From positions 32,001-96,000 of the forward strand of contig JBHLON010000005.1 of assembly GCA_048940445.1 (NCBI GenBank): DNA of 64,000 nt, read 5' to 3'. The notes under the pieces are model-generated. The model searched no databases and was not told where the DNA came from. It worked only from the letters and a program-made list of their open reading frames with translations. Made by a program: the position numbers and the translations under genes. Below are positions 28,309 through 37,973 of this stretch, piece by piece. This DNA comes from Promethearchaeota archaeon. Its GTDB lineage: Archaea > Asgardarchaeota > Lokiarchaeia > Sigyniarchaeales > SOKP01. Within the stretch, counting starts at the first letter, position 1. Each line of letters begins with the position of its first letter.

Positions 28309-29694
28309 TTACTTCTGTACAATTTGATTATAGGCTTTTTCGAATCTATTAACAGCAAGAATTATATCCCTTGAAGTGGTACCTATAGCAGCATTCATTA
28401 TAATATAGGGAATTGTATAGTTTGAACAACAAGTTCCAAATGCACTTTTTTTAGGATTATATACTCTTGGACCAGTAACCCTTAAGTTATATAAAGCTCC
28501 TCCTAATTCTGATAACTGATCTTCTCTTAAATTTTTTAATGTCATTGCTACTGCAACTGGATTAAATACATCTAAAATTCTCTCATTTATCTTTTTAGCG
28601 ACATTCTCAATTTTTTGTTGTAATAATTTTCGATTTTTCTGTTGAGTAGTTATTAATTTCTGATATCCTTTCAGCCCCAAAGAAAGAATTGAAATCAAAA
28701 TGTTAACAATTGGAGTTGCTGAAGCGCGTCCAGCATAAGCTTGACTTATTTTGATAATCTTTTCTTTATGTGGTGAAGCAATTATCGCCCCACCAATAGG
28801 AGTAAGTACATTTTTATCAGTTGATTGAATTATCGCATCTATTCTTCCCGCATCTATTCCTGAGCGAATCAATTTCATCCATTCTGGGCTCTGAACTCCA
28901 TATGCGTTTATTACAATATGAACAAGATCATTTTCCTTGGCAAATTTACTGATTTCTTTAATATCATCATTTTCACGAGGAGGAAAGAAACTTGTAGAAG
29001 AAATAATCGCAAAGCAATCTTTATCTAATTTTAATTTAAGATTTTCAATTGGAATTCGAACAGCATCTCCAAAAATTTTACCCTCAACAATTTTTGGCTT
29101 CACACCTACTAAATCGATGCCCTTTAAAAGAGATTTATGGTCAATTTGGGGTACTAAGACTGTTCTTTTAGATATTAATGCCTTATTATTCCAATTAGGC
29201 CTTAGAGCGCTAAGACACAAAGCTAATGACATTCCAGTACATAATGGTACCACAATTGCACTTTCAATATTTGGTATACCAAATTTCCTCATAAAGTCTC
29301 GTGTTAAATAATTTGTTAATTCATACATAATAGATCCACCAGGGGCTTTTGGTTGAGGAGCTGTTAAAAACCCACTTCTACCTACACCATGACAAAAGCC
29401 TTGTGAAGTTTTAATATGTAATTTAGACGCTATCCTAGCTTCTCGTTCTCCTACTCGTGCTGCTTTAATGTCCTTATCTGTATCCATATTTGAAAGTGTT
29501 TGTAAGAGATATGCGATTTGTTCATCTGTCCAATGTTCTTTTGGAACACTTTTCTGTTCAAATAGAATTTTAATCGGTTTAAGAAATTCTTTTAATACTA
29601 ATTGTCCTCTATTCAATATATTTTCAGGAATAGATGCAGTTTTAAAATATTCAATAATTTTATTAAACTCAATCAATTTAAACACTTTTATCAT
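28309..29694 (-). CDS. spcS: O-phosphoseryl-tRNA(Sec) selenium transferase (SepSecS)
   Basis: MDTDK..VGEREAR, FCHGVGRSG..APQPKAPG, TGMSLAL, DHKS, NAYGVQ, QSTDKN (PLP Lys), YAGRASA. Confidence 0.96.
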   Translation of the reverse strand: MIKVFKLIEFNKIIEYFKTASIPENILNRGQLVLKEFLKPIKILFEQKSVPKEHWTDEQIAYLLQTLSNMDTDKDIKAARVGEREARIASKLHIKTSQGFCHGVGRSGFLTAPQPKAPGGSIMYELTNYLTRDFMRKFGIPNIESAIVVPLCTGMSLALCLSALRPNWNNKALISKRTVLVPQIDHKSLLKGIDLVGVKPKIVEGKIFGDAVRIPIENLKLKLDKDCFAIISSTSFFPPRENDDIKEISKFAKENDLVHIVINAYGVQSPEWMKLIRSGIDAGRIDAIIQSTDKNVLTPIGGAIIASPHKEKIIKISQAYAGRASATPIVNILISILSLGLKGYQKLITTQQKNRKLLQQKIENVAKKINERILDVFNPVAVAMTLKNLREDQLSELGGALYNLRVTGPRVYNPKKSAFGTCCSNYTIPYIIMNAAIGTTSRDIILAVNRFEKAYNQIVQK

Positions 29695-29701
29695 AAAGAT
29701 A

Positions 29702-29858
29702 TGGCGGCCCTTGAGGAGATTTTCTAAGATTGGTTAATTTCCAACCATTATCGAACTCCTATCCCTCCGCAGGATAACTAGGTTTGAAGCCTAGCGTCAG
29801 AGACCACTTATCGTTGGAGATCGATATGATCTCAAAACAATTCCGACCGTCAAGGGCC
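29702..29858 (-). tRNA. selC: tRNA-Sec(UCA), 9/4 fold, encoded CCA, two introns (D-arm 29808-29841; T-loop 29720-29749)
   Basis: 9-bp acceptor GGCCCTTGA/TCAAGGGCC, G73-CCA, 7-bp D stem, CTAGG-CTTCAAA-CCTAG, long variable arm, 4-bp T stem GGAG/CTCC; directly upstream of SepSecS. Confidence 0.93.
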
Positions 29859-30063
29859 ATTGAAAATTAATATGATAATTAGTTGATTTAAATTGAATTT
29901 TATTATTATACTTTATTCTTTATTTAAACTAAATTATTTACGGCAGAAATTCTATACCTCTGAAATTAACTTCGGATTTATATAATATTAATCCAATGAT
30001 TAAGTTTTTAAGTTTACTTCTTTGAGTAGTAATTATAAAAAATTAGATCAAAATCAAAATTGA

Positions 30064-31104
30064 ATGAGTTTAATCAAATATATCGCTCGTAGATTAATAT
30101 TTTTAATCCCAATTTTGTTCGGGACATTAACATTAACATTTGTATTATCAAGATTTATGCCCGGTGATCCCGTTTTAGGATATGTTGCAAATCTGGGGCA
30201 GAACGGATTCGAACGGGGTTTATCTCCAGGTGAATATGAACGAGCTCTAAAGTTGCTTGGACTTGATAAACCAGTATTAGAACAGTATGCTATATATTTG
30301 AAAGATTTATTTACGGGTAACTGGGGATATTCAGTTTCAATTGTAAGAGGTGAAGCTGTTTGGGATTTAATAAGCCAAAGAATTCCTCGAACAGTAGATT
30401 TAGCCCTTTTTTCAATATTAATAGCAGTACCGCTTGGAATTAAAACAGGAATGATTTCAGCAAAACATAGAAATAAAGCTCAAGATACTTTTACAAGAGG
30501 ATTCTCCTTAATTGGAGTTTCTATTCCCGTTTTTTTCTTAGGATTAATGTTCCAATATGTTTTTGGCTATACTTTAGGACTTTTCCCTATAAGTGGATAT
30601 AAGAATTATGCTTATTCTGATCCTCCTTATGTTACTGGTTTCCGAATAATTGACGCTCTAATTTCAGGACAACTCTATATTATCTCAGATTATTTATATC
30701 ATTTAATTTTACCCGTAACAGTTTTATCTTTCACAATTTTAGGGAATATTACAAGACAAACGCGTTCAAGTATGTTAGAGGTATTAGAAGAAGATTATAT
30801 AAGAACTGCTCGAGTAAAGGGATGTGATGAAAAAAATGTATTATATATACATGCTAGAAAAAATGCCTTAATCCCTACAGTAACAGTTGTAGGATTAAAT
30901 CTTGGAGGTTTTTTGGCAGGTGCAGTTCTAACAGAAGTCACCTTTAATTTTCTTGGAATAGGGGATTTATTGATTGCTGCGATTGCATTGAACGATTACT
31001 GGGTGTTAAACGGTATTGTATTTTTCATCACAATTTGTTATGTTCTTATTAATTTGGTTATAGATATAATATACAGTATGTTAGATCCACGAATAAGTTA
31101 TTAA
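30064..31104 (+). CDS. dppB: Peptide/nickel ABC transporter permease (DppB/OppB family)
   Basis: MPGDP, LGLDKP, GNWGYS, HLILP, RSSMLEVLEEDYIRTARVKG, LDPRI. Confidence 0.93.
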   Translation: MSLIKYIARRLIFLIPILFGTLTLTFVLSRFMPGDPVLGYVANLGQNGFERGLSPGEYERALKLLGLDKPVLEQYAIYLKDLFTGNWGYSVSIVRGEAVWDLISQRIPRTVDLALFSILIAVPLGIKTGMISAKHRNKAQDTFTRGFSLIGVSIPVFFLGLMFQYVFGYTLGLFPISGYKNYAYSDPPYVTGFRIIDALISGQLYIISDYLYHLILPVTVLSFTILGNITRQTRSSMLEVLEEDYIRTARVKGCDEKNVLYIHARKNALIPTVTVVGLNLGGFLAGAVLTEVTFNFLGIGDLLIAAIALNDYWVLNGIVFFITICYVLINLVIDIIYSMLDPRISY

Positions 31105-31135
31105 GATATCTCCTATATTCTAAATAGACATAGGT

Positions 31136-31816
31136 TCAGTTTTTAATTATTTTATCTTCAATATCGCTACATTTTATTCTTCTTGTCCCAGGAGTCATCA
31201 AGCCTATATTGTATACTGTATCTATAAATTTTACAATAATGTGAGAGGAAGCCCCAAAAATTACATATAATTTGCCATTAGAGGTTCTGTATTTAAATTT
31301 CCCGACCGCAATTCGATCTCCCTTTAAAAAATAAGTCTTTTCCTTATAATTAAGTTTATTTGCGAAAAAGTTAATAGGGATTCTTACAATCTCTTTGACT
31401 TCTTCTTCTTGCTTAATTAATTTAACTTTTTTTACCATAAATCCTACGAAAGGAGTTATGATATATCCTTTAGGTGTGAGATGATCATCTATACTCCCTA
31501 AGATACTTATAGTTAGTCGAGAGACCCCAATTTCTTCTTCAACTTCCCTTAGAGCTGTGTCTAATAGACTTTGATCAAATTTAGGATCGAACTTTCCCCC
31601 TGGAAATGACATTTCACCTGAATGCTTATCGTTTATTCTTTTTGTACGACGTATCATAAGCAGATCATAAGGAGTTTCTTCCCGTGGTTGAATTAAAAGA
31701 ATTACAGCCGAATTGACAAATGGTGCTTGTTGCATTTTAAGTCTGATTGGAGAATTGAAATCATTTAATTTACTTCTAATTGAAGTCTCGTGAAATATAA
31801 AATCTTTAGTATTCAC
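31136..31816 (-). CDS. CoA pyrophosphatase-type Nudix hydrolase, copy 2
   Basis: SAV, HSGEMSFPGGK, TALREVEEEIG, ITPFVG, IFGAS. Confidence 0.9.
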   Translation of the reverse strand: MNTKDFIFHETSIRSKLNDFNSPIRLKMQQAPFVNSAVILLIQPREETPYDLLMIRRTKRINDKHSGEMSFPGGKFDPKFDQSLLDTALREVEEEIGVSRLTISILGSIDDHLTPKGYIITPFVGFMVKKVKLIKQEEEVKEIVRIPINFFANKLNYKEKTYFLKGDRIAVGKFKYRTSNGKLYVIFGASSHIIVKFIDTVYNIGLMTPGTRRIKCSDIEDKIIKN

Positions 31817-31819
31817 TGT

Positions 31820-32551
31820 TTAATTATCATCATCCAAAATTTCAAATTTATTTACAATTTGGTTCCTATACTTAATATACTCTTTCAATTGCTTAATTTT
31901 TTCGAGTTTGAATCGATTTAATCCCATTTCTGACATATTATAATCATATATCTTTTCAATGAACGCTGAAATCATATAGGCGGTAGCACCCCAAATTGTA
32001 TATGTTCTTTTAGTTACGGGTTCAAAATAATTAAAATAGAAGATAGGAAACTTTTTATCTTCAATTTTAATTGCTTGTTCTTTGAAATTTTTTTTTAAAA
32101 TAAAGAAGTCTATAGGAATTTTTAATATAGATTGCACTTCCCGGTCGTCTTTTACTAATTTCTGATTTTTGTCAACAATAGCAATAAAGGGAGTGATTAT
32201 ATATTTTGTCATTGTCGGAAAATCATCAAGACATCCTAAAATTTTTATTTTATTCCTTGGAACACCTATCTCCTCTTCTGTTTCTCTCAAAGCAGTATCT
32301 TTTAGGGTTTTATCCTTATTTGGTTCATATTTTCCTCCAGGAAAAGAAATTTCTCCTCTATGTCTTGAGCCTCTTTCAGAACGATGAATTAAAATTAATT
32401 CATAAGGTTTATTGTTATATTGAATTATAGAAAATAAGACTGCAGAACTTGTAAAAAAAGGATCTTTAAGTGAAATCCTTAAAGGAGAATTGCAATCCAA
32501 AATTTTTTTTCTTACAAGACTCTCATTGAAAATTAATTTTAAACTATCCAT
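31820..32551 (-). CDS. CoA pyrophosphatase-type Nudix hydrolase, copy 1
   Basis: SAVL, HRGEISFPGGK, TALRETEEEIG, IWGATA. Confidence 0.9.
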   Translation of the reverse strand: MDSLKLIFNESLVRKKILDCNSPLRISLKDPFFTSSAVLFSIIQYNNKPYELILIHRSERGSRHRGEISFPGGKYEPNKDKTLKDTALRETEEEIGVPRNKIKILGCLDDFPTMTKYIITPFIAIVDKNQKLVKDDREVQSILKIPIDFFILKKNFKEQAIKIEDKKFPIFYFNYFEPVTKRTYTIWGATAYMISAFIEKIYDYNMSEMGLNRFKLEKIKQLKEYIKYRNQIVNKFEILDDDN

Positions 32552-32636
32552 TAGTTTTTAAAAAGATTTTAAGATGTTTGTTAATTAAAAAACATAATAT
32601 TCAATCCTAATAAAATTTTTTTGGAGATGTTTAAAA

Positions 32637-32939
32637 TTGAAACTCCCAAAAGAACTCAGAGAAAAAAGAGATTTAACCGCTGCTACAAACAAGGGAAAGC
32701 AGTGTTCAATAATAGGGTGTAATGAGCTAGCTACAAGATCTCTCTCAGAAAGTAAATGGAAATCATATTTAGAAAAAACAGATTTGAAATATAAGGAGAA
32801 TAAGCAAAAAAAAATTTTTCTCTGCAAAAATCATTATAAGGATGTAAATAAATTAAGAAAATCCCAAGAGAAGTTTTATCAAAAAAAAGGATTTTTGGAA
32901 GATTCTTTTTCTGGAGGAAAATTAAAGAGATATGATTAG
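32637..32939 (+). CDS. Small basic putative Zn-binding protein
   Basis: CSIIGC...LCKNHYK (Cx4C...CxxH). Confidence 0.7.
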   Translation: MKLPKELREKRDLTAATNKGKQCSIIGCNELATRSLSESKWKSYLEKTDLKYKENKQKKIFLCKNHYKDVNKLRKSQEKFYQKKGFLEDSFSGGKLKRYD

Positions 32940-32951
32940 TAGCTATAAATC

Positions 32952-33077
32952 TTAAGGAACTAGAACCATTTGCTGATACAATGTACTGATTAATGAATAT
33001 TGAGCATCAATGATTCCAATTGTTAGAAATGATAACGTAATTAAAAAGATAATAAAACCAATTAAAATTTTCCTCAT
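32952..33077 (-). CDS. Small single-TM protein (41 aa), absent from ORF track
   Basis: MRKILIGFIIFLITLSFLTIGIIDAQYSLISTLYQQMVLVP; fills the gap downstream of the 33119-33988 gene. Confidence 0.5.
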   Translation of the reverse strand: MRKILIGFIIFLITLSFLTIGIIDAQYSLISTLYQQMVLVP

Positions 33078-33118
33078 GATATCGATTATAATTATATTAG
33101 AACTTATATAAAATTTAG

Positions 33119-33988
33119 TTATTCAACGAGGGTTTCTAACGTGTTAATCTTTACGTCAATTTTTTTAAGCTTCAAATCAAATCCTTTATCTTTTTCTTTA
33201 TAATCTTCTTCGGTAATCTCTTTGGCAGAAAATCTACCTTTATTGAGATTTCTCTCAGCTTTTAATTCAGACTTTTCCATTTTTAATTCTTTAATCCATA
33301 ATTTAATGCCAGATATGAGATCCTCCCGTTCTTTCACAAAATCTGCTCTTTCTTCTTTATATTTCTCTTTTAATTCTTCAAATGTTTCCTTATCTATCTT
33401 GTGCAATTTGAATTCTTGAGTTAAATTCTTTAGTTGAAAGATTCTTTTATTAATATCATCTTTAATCCTTTGAACTATAAATGGCTCCTCCATTTTTTGT
33501 TTAACTTCGTTTTCTTTTTGTTTAAGTTCGTTAATTAATGTTTTAATTGCATCAATTTTGACAGTAACTGATTTCTTGTATTCCTCTTCTACATCATAGC
33601 GAGGGTCATTCAAAGACTTTTGAATTTCTTTTAATTTTTCTAAAAGCAATTTTTTGTTTAATTGGATATCATTATACTCTATATAGAGTATCATCTGCTC
33701 TTTAACTTCAAATGGTAACGGTTTTTCTAATTTTTCTTTTACTTTTGCCTTTTTCTTTTTTTCTCCTTTAATTTCAATTTCTTCAAGAGGTTCTTCTTCA
33801 ATTTCGATCTCATGGGATTTTTGTTCTCCACGGATTTCCTTCACTTTTTCTTTTATAACATCTTTAGGTTTCTGAACTTCTTTTGTCTTAGGTTTTTGAA
33901 CATCACTCAAGACTGGCTTGCCACATATTATACAAAATTTATCAGTAGGTTTCAAAGGGTTCCCACAATAAACACAGTAACGAGGCAT
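33119..33988 (-). CDS. Zinc-ribbon plus long coiled-coil protein (possible CdvA-like coiled coil)
   Basis: CVYCG..FCIICG; coiled coil with two (H/K)xI(D/T)xExF/Y hinge motifs. Confidence 0.6.
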   Translation of the reverse strand: MPRYCVYCGNPLKPTDKFCIICGKPVLSDVQKPKTKEVQKPKDVIKEKVKEIRGEQKSHEIEIEEEPLEEIEIKGEKKKKAKVKEKLEKPLPFEVKEQMILYIEYNDIQLNKKLLLEKLKEIQKSLNDPRYDVEEEYKKSVTVKIDAIKTLINELKQKENEVKQKMEEPFIVQRIKDDINKRIFQLKNLTQEFKLHKIDKETFEELKEKYKEERADFVKEREDLISGIKLWIKELKMEKSELKAERNLNKGRFSAKEITEEDYKEKDKGFDLKLKKIDVKINTLETLVE

Positions 33989-34140
33989 TTTTCACAATCC
34001 TTACTTTTTTTAATTGATATTCTAATATAATAAAATTAAAATCCATTTAATTAAATTTTATTGGAGTCCAATATTTAGAAGAATAATTAAGAATTTTTTA
34101 ATTTCTTCTTTTAAAATAAAAGAAATTTATAAAAGTTCCT

Positions 34141-35583
34141 TTGATTGACGTTAAGAATTTAATTCCGATTCATATAGGGCTATATGGACACATAGATAGT
34201 GGTAAAACAGCTATAGCTGCAGTTCTTAGTGAAATTATCTCAACTGCAGGTATTGACGCTCATCCGCAAAGTAAAGAAAGGGGTATAACTATTGATTTAG
34301 GTTTTACAAGTTTCGTGTTAGAAAAGTTTATCATAACTTTAGTTGATGCACCTGGTCATGCAGACTTAATCAAAGTAAGTGCTTCTTCAGTAGAAATAAT
34401 TGATTGTGCGCTGGTAGTTTTAGATATAAATAAAGGTCCACAAGTTCAAACTGGCGAACATTTAATTATGATAGAATCATTAAATATTAAGGATATTATA
34501 GTTGTGCTTAATAAGACAGATTTATTTAAAGGTGATATTAATCAAGAGATTCAAAAAACAAGAAAATTTTTTCAATCTACCTCTTTTGGAGCCGAAGTGC
34601 CAATATTTACCGTGTCTGCGAAAAAAAAGACAGGCTTTCAAGAATTGAAAGATGGAATTTTAAAAACAGTAAAAAATCTCACGATAAATAGAGAATTCGA
34701 AGGAAGTCTTATATTACCAATCGATCATCATTTTTTAATAAAAGGGAAAGGAACAATAATAACGGGTACAATTTTGCAGGGGAAACTAAATTTAAATTGC
34801 ACATTATATATATTACCTGTTGGGATCTCTGGAAAAGTTAAATCTATTCAAATATTCCATCAAACAGTTGATAATGCCAAAGCAGGTGACAGGGTTGGAA
34901 TCAATATTAAAGGTATTGACGTCAAGAAGGTTTTTAGAGGTTGCTATGCAACAGATAATAAAGAACTTTTTGAATACTCTGATTTAATTGAAGTATATGT
35001 GACAAAAAATAGATTATTTAAAGCAGAAACCCATTTTGGAACCCAAGTGCACGCAACTATTGGAATGTTTACAACAACAGGTTATATTTATCCTTTTTAT
35101 GAATTAAATGGGAAAAAAATTCAAATGAATGTAGACAAAGAGTTAACAAATTTTAAAGCTTTTATATGGTTCAATGAGAACGTTTTATTTAGGAAAGAAA
35201 AATTTACAATATTGTTAACCCGCTTAGATTTACCTCCAATAACTTTAAGGGTATTAGGTTCAGCTAAATTGATTAATATATTCAATGATTTACCATTAAT
35301 TTATAGATATAAAACAAAACGAGGAATAATTCAAAATCCATTACATCCGCAAGGTATAATTTGCACTGGTTTAGCCCAAAGTTTAATTGGTGCTAAAAAG
35401 ATCGTGGGGCGTAAATTAGAGAAACCCTTTACTAAAATAATTAGTCCGTTTGGAACCAAGGGATCTGTAATTGTGGGAATTGAAAAAGATCACGCTCGTG
35501 TGAAGAAAGGTGAAGATGTCATTTTGAAGGAACTTAGAAGCTTTAAATTAAAATCTAAAAAAGATTTAAATTCTCAAAATTAA
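34141..35583 (+). CDS. selB: Selenocysteine-specific elongation factor (aSelB/EFSec)
   Basis: GHIDSGKT, DAHPQSKERGITIDLGF, DAPGHADLI, QTGEHL, NKTD, IDHHF.IKGKGT, C-terminal ISPFGTKG. Confidence 0.93.
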   Translation: MIDVKNLIPIHIGLYGHIDSGKTAIAAVLSEIISTAGIDAHPQSKERGITIDLGFTSFVLEKFIITLVDAPGHADLIKVSASSVEIIDCALVVLDINKGPQVQTGEHLIMIESLNIKDIIVVLNKTDLFKGDINQEIQKTRKFFQSTSFGAEVPIFTVSAKKKTGFQELKDGILKTVKNLTINREFEGSLILPIDHHFLIKGKGTIITGTILQGKLNLNCTLYILPVGISGKVKSIQIFHQTVDNAKAGDRVGINIKGIDVKKVFRGCYATDNKELFEYSDLIEVYVTKNRLFKAETHFGTQVHATIGMFTTTGYIYPFYELNGKKIQMNVDKELTNFKAFIWFNENVLFRKEKFTILLTRLDLPPITLRVLGSAKLINIFNDLPLIYRYKTKRGIIQNPLHPQGIICTGLAQSLIGAKKIVGRKLEKPFTKIISPFGTKGSVIVGIEKDHARVKKGEDVILKELRSFKLKSKKDLNSQN

Positions 35584-35610
35584 TTTATATTATTAAGTGA
35601 GGTTATAATA

Positions 35611-36048
35611 ATGGAACATATTCCTGCTACTGAAATTGAGATTGACCAAGAAATTTTAGATGAATTAATGCGCAATTTAGAGCATTTAGAAAGCTCTACC
35701 GACCTTGAGGGTACTGCTTTAGTATCTAAGACAGGATTAAGAATTGCTAGTTCTGAAACAGCAGATATAGTCGCTGATGTGTATAGCGCAAGTCCTGCAA
35801 CATTAATTTCTTTAGGAGAGAAAATAAGTACTGGTTTAGGTCAAGGGGAATTACGGGAAATCGTAATCAGAGGAGTAAAAGGATATACTATTATTATTGT
35901 GGGAGATGCGGATAATAATTTTATGCTATTCACTAATTGTAAAAAAGGATATAAATTAGGTTATTATTTCCATAAAATCCGTAAATCATTTAAAGAAATG
36001 GAACCTACTCTTAAGAAAATACAAACTTCTTACAGAAAATCTGTTTGA
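35611..36048 (+). CDS. Roadblock/LC7 (MglB-like) domain protein
   Basis: LEGTALVSKTGLRIAS, SA..ATLISLGEK...LGQGELREIVIRGVKGYTII. Confidence 0.88.
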   Translation: MEHIPATEIEIDQEILDELMRNLEHLESSTDLEGTALVSKTGLRIASSETADIVADVYSASPATLISLGEKISTGLGQGELREIVIRGVKGYTIIIVGDADNNFMLFTNCKKGYKLGYYFHKIRKSFKEMEPTLKKIQTSYRKSV

Positions 36049-36065
36049 CTTAATATAAGTCAAGT

Positions 36066-37865
36066 TTAGCTTAATACCCATTTTACTATATCTCCATTAT
36101 TAAGATAATAGAGATTCGCGGCAGCTACCACGTATTCATCATTTACATAAAAAAGCCAGTTTCCATATGTTCCGTTTATTGCTTCTACTAGATATCCCAT
36201 TTCTCCATAATTTTTATAAATTACTTCACAGCTATAATTCAAAGCATCAAAGGCTGTTGTTTTATGATTAATTAAATTTATATTATCTACTGTTATTATT
36301 GTACCATTTCCATAGTCAACCATTAAAGTAATATTATTAACCTCTTGCTTGGGTTCATTTGGGACACTGACAGATAGGGTAGAGATATAAATAAATAGTG
36401 AACTGAAACTAGCAATACCTAGAACTGCAATAAGAGTATATTTATTTAATTTTTTATATTTAGGTTGAAATTTTGTAACGATTAAAGAGCTTATAGCTAA
36501 AAAACTGCTTATAGAAATAACTAGAAGATAGGGAAAAAGCACTAATATCAAATTGACTTGTGGATTAGGGGGTAAAATACTATACAATGGATGATAACCT
36601 TGAATTCTTATCTCAAGTAAATAATTCCCTATTGATGTTTTTGCCCATAATAATAAACCGGTCTGCTTTTCATAAATTAGGGTTGTTTTTTGAGCTCCTC
36701 CAATCTGATTGAATTGTATTTTTAAGGTTAAATCCGACTCTTGAATTTCAACATTACCAGAAATAAATCCGTTAGCTTCTTGGAAAGCTAATTGCTTAAT
36801 TCCGGTAATATTGTTAGCCATAGTAATCCGAAATCCTGGCTGAAAAGTATTATATCCAAGTATTAAATTATATGCAATCTCACTATTTGAGCGGTTAAAT
36901 AAGGTGAAATTTGAAATTAATATACCTGAGAAATTTTCAAAAATTTTAATATCTAACCACGGAATTGGATTTTTGAAAATGTTTCCCCAATCGTTCTTAT
37001 CTTTATTAAACAACCCAGTAAAGTTAATAGTAATTAATCCGGAAGGATTAGTTCGAAAATTACCCTCAAAAGAATCAGCTGGCCATGGTGTGAAATTATA
37101 CCAGCTAGAAGACCCTCCGAAATCATCTACTATGTAATCATAATTTTTATCTTCACTCATTGTGAAATTTATCGAGGAGATTTCAAGTCTATAATTTCCT
37201 ACTTTAGTTTTAGCCCAAATCAATAGGCCACTCAATTTATCATATTTAAGGTAGGTTCTTTGAGTTCCATATGATTGTTCATAACTAATATAAAGAAAGT
37301 GATAAGATTCTTCAGTCTTGAGTTCTCCAGAAAAGAAACCAGATACTTGTTCTTGAGCTACATTTTTGATATAAGTCATGTTATCCACAGGAATTAGAAA
37401 GCCTGGTTGAAACTGGTTGAATCCTAAAATTAAATTATAAGCGATTTCACTATTAGAACGATTTGCTAAAGTAAAGTTTGCTTTAAGCAATCCTAGATCG
37501 TTTTCAAATATCTCAATATTCATCCAAGGGATTGGATTCGTAAACATATTTCCCCAATCATTTTGATCTTTATCATAAAATCCTGTAAAATTGATTATTA
37601 TTTGTCCATTTGGATTAGTTTTAAAATTTCCTTCAAAGGAATCTGATGGAGATGGGGTAAAATTGTACCAACTAGAAATACCTCCAAAATCAGACACATT
37701 ATAGATATAGACCCCATTTAGATCAATATCATTAGAATATAATTCTGGAATTGAACTATTACAAGATATTGGAGAAAAATCATTACCAAATATTAGAGTA
37801 TCAAATAATAAGAAAGAGAAAAACAATATTCCAATCTTAATATTAGTCATAAGAATCAAGGACAT
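36066..37865 (-). CDS. Membrane-anchored protein with two tandem ~185-aa repeats, two TMs and a C-terminal DUF4430-like (transcobalamin C-terminal-like) domain
   Basis: Repeats FGG.SSWYNFTP.P.DSFEGNF.TNP.G; C-terminal VDYGNG..TAFDAL..GYLVEAING..WLFYVN..A..Y.L.NGD. Confidence 0.78.
   Translation of the reverse strand: MSLILMTNIKIGILFFSFLLFDTLIFGNDFSPISCNSSIPELYSNDIDLNGVYIYNVSDFGGISSWYNFTPSPSDSFEGNFKTNPNGQIIINFTGFYDKDQNDWGNMFTNPIPWMNIEIFENDLGLLKANFTLANRSNSEIAYNLILGFNQFQPGFLIPVDNMTYIKNVAQEQVSGFFSGELKTEESYHFLYISYEQSYGTQRTYLKYDKLSGLLIWAKTKVGNYRLEISSINFTMSEDKNYDYIVDDFGGSSSWYNFTPWPADSFEGNFRTNPSGLITINFTGLFNKDKNDWGNIFKNPIPWLDIKIFENFSGILISNFTLFNRSNSEIAYNLILGYNTFQPGFRITMANNITGIKQLAFQEANGFISGNVEIQESDLTLKIQFNQIGGAQKTTLIYEKQTGLLLWAKTSIGNYLLEIRIQGYHPLYSILPPNPQVNLILVLFPYLLVISISSFLAISSLIVTKFQPKYKKLNKYTLIAVLGIASFSSLFIYISTLSVSVPNEPKQEVNNITLMVDYGNGTIITVDNINLINHKTTAFDALNYSCEVIYKNYGEMGYLVEAINGTYGNWLFYVNDEYVVAAANLYYLNNGDIVKWVLS
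36600..37710 (-). repeat. Intragenic tandem duplication (two units of about 550 nt; boundaries approximate)
   Basis: Near-identical peptide blocks, e.g. NDWGN.F.NPIPW, NRSNSEIAYNLILG.N.FQPGF, GLL.WAKT..GNY.LEI. Confidence 0.85.
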
Positions 37866-37973
37866 TAGGATAAATTACCTATATCATATTATTGTTTTTT
37901 ATAATATTTAATATTTTACAATAGATTTATAAGGAAAAAAATTATTTTTTATATTAGGAAACTTATCCAGGTT

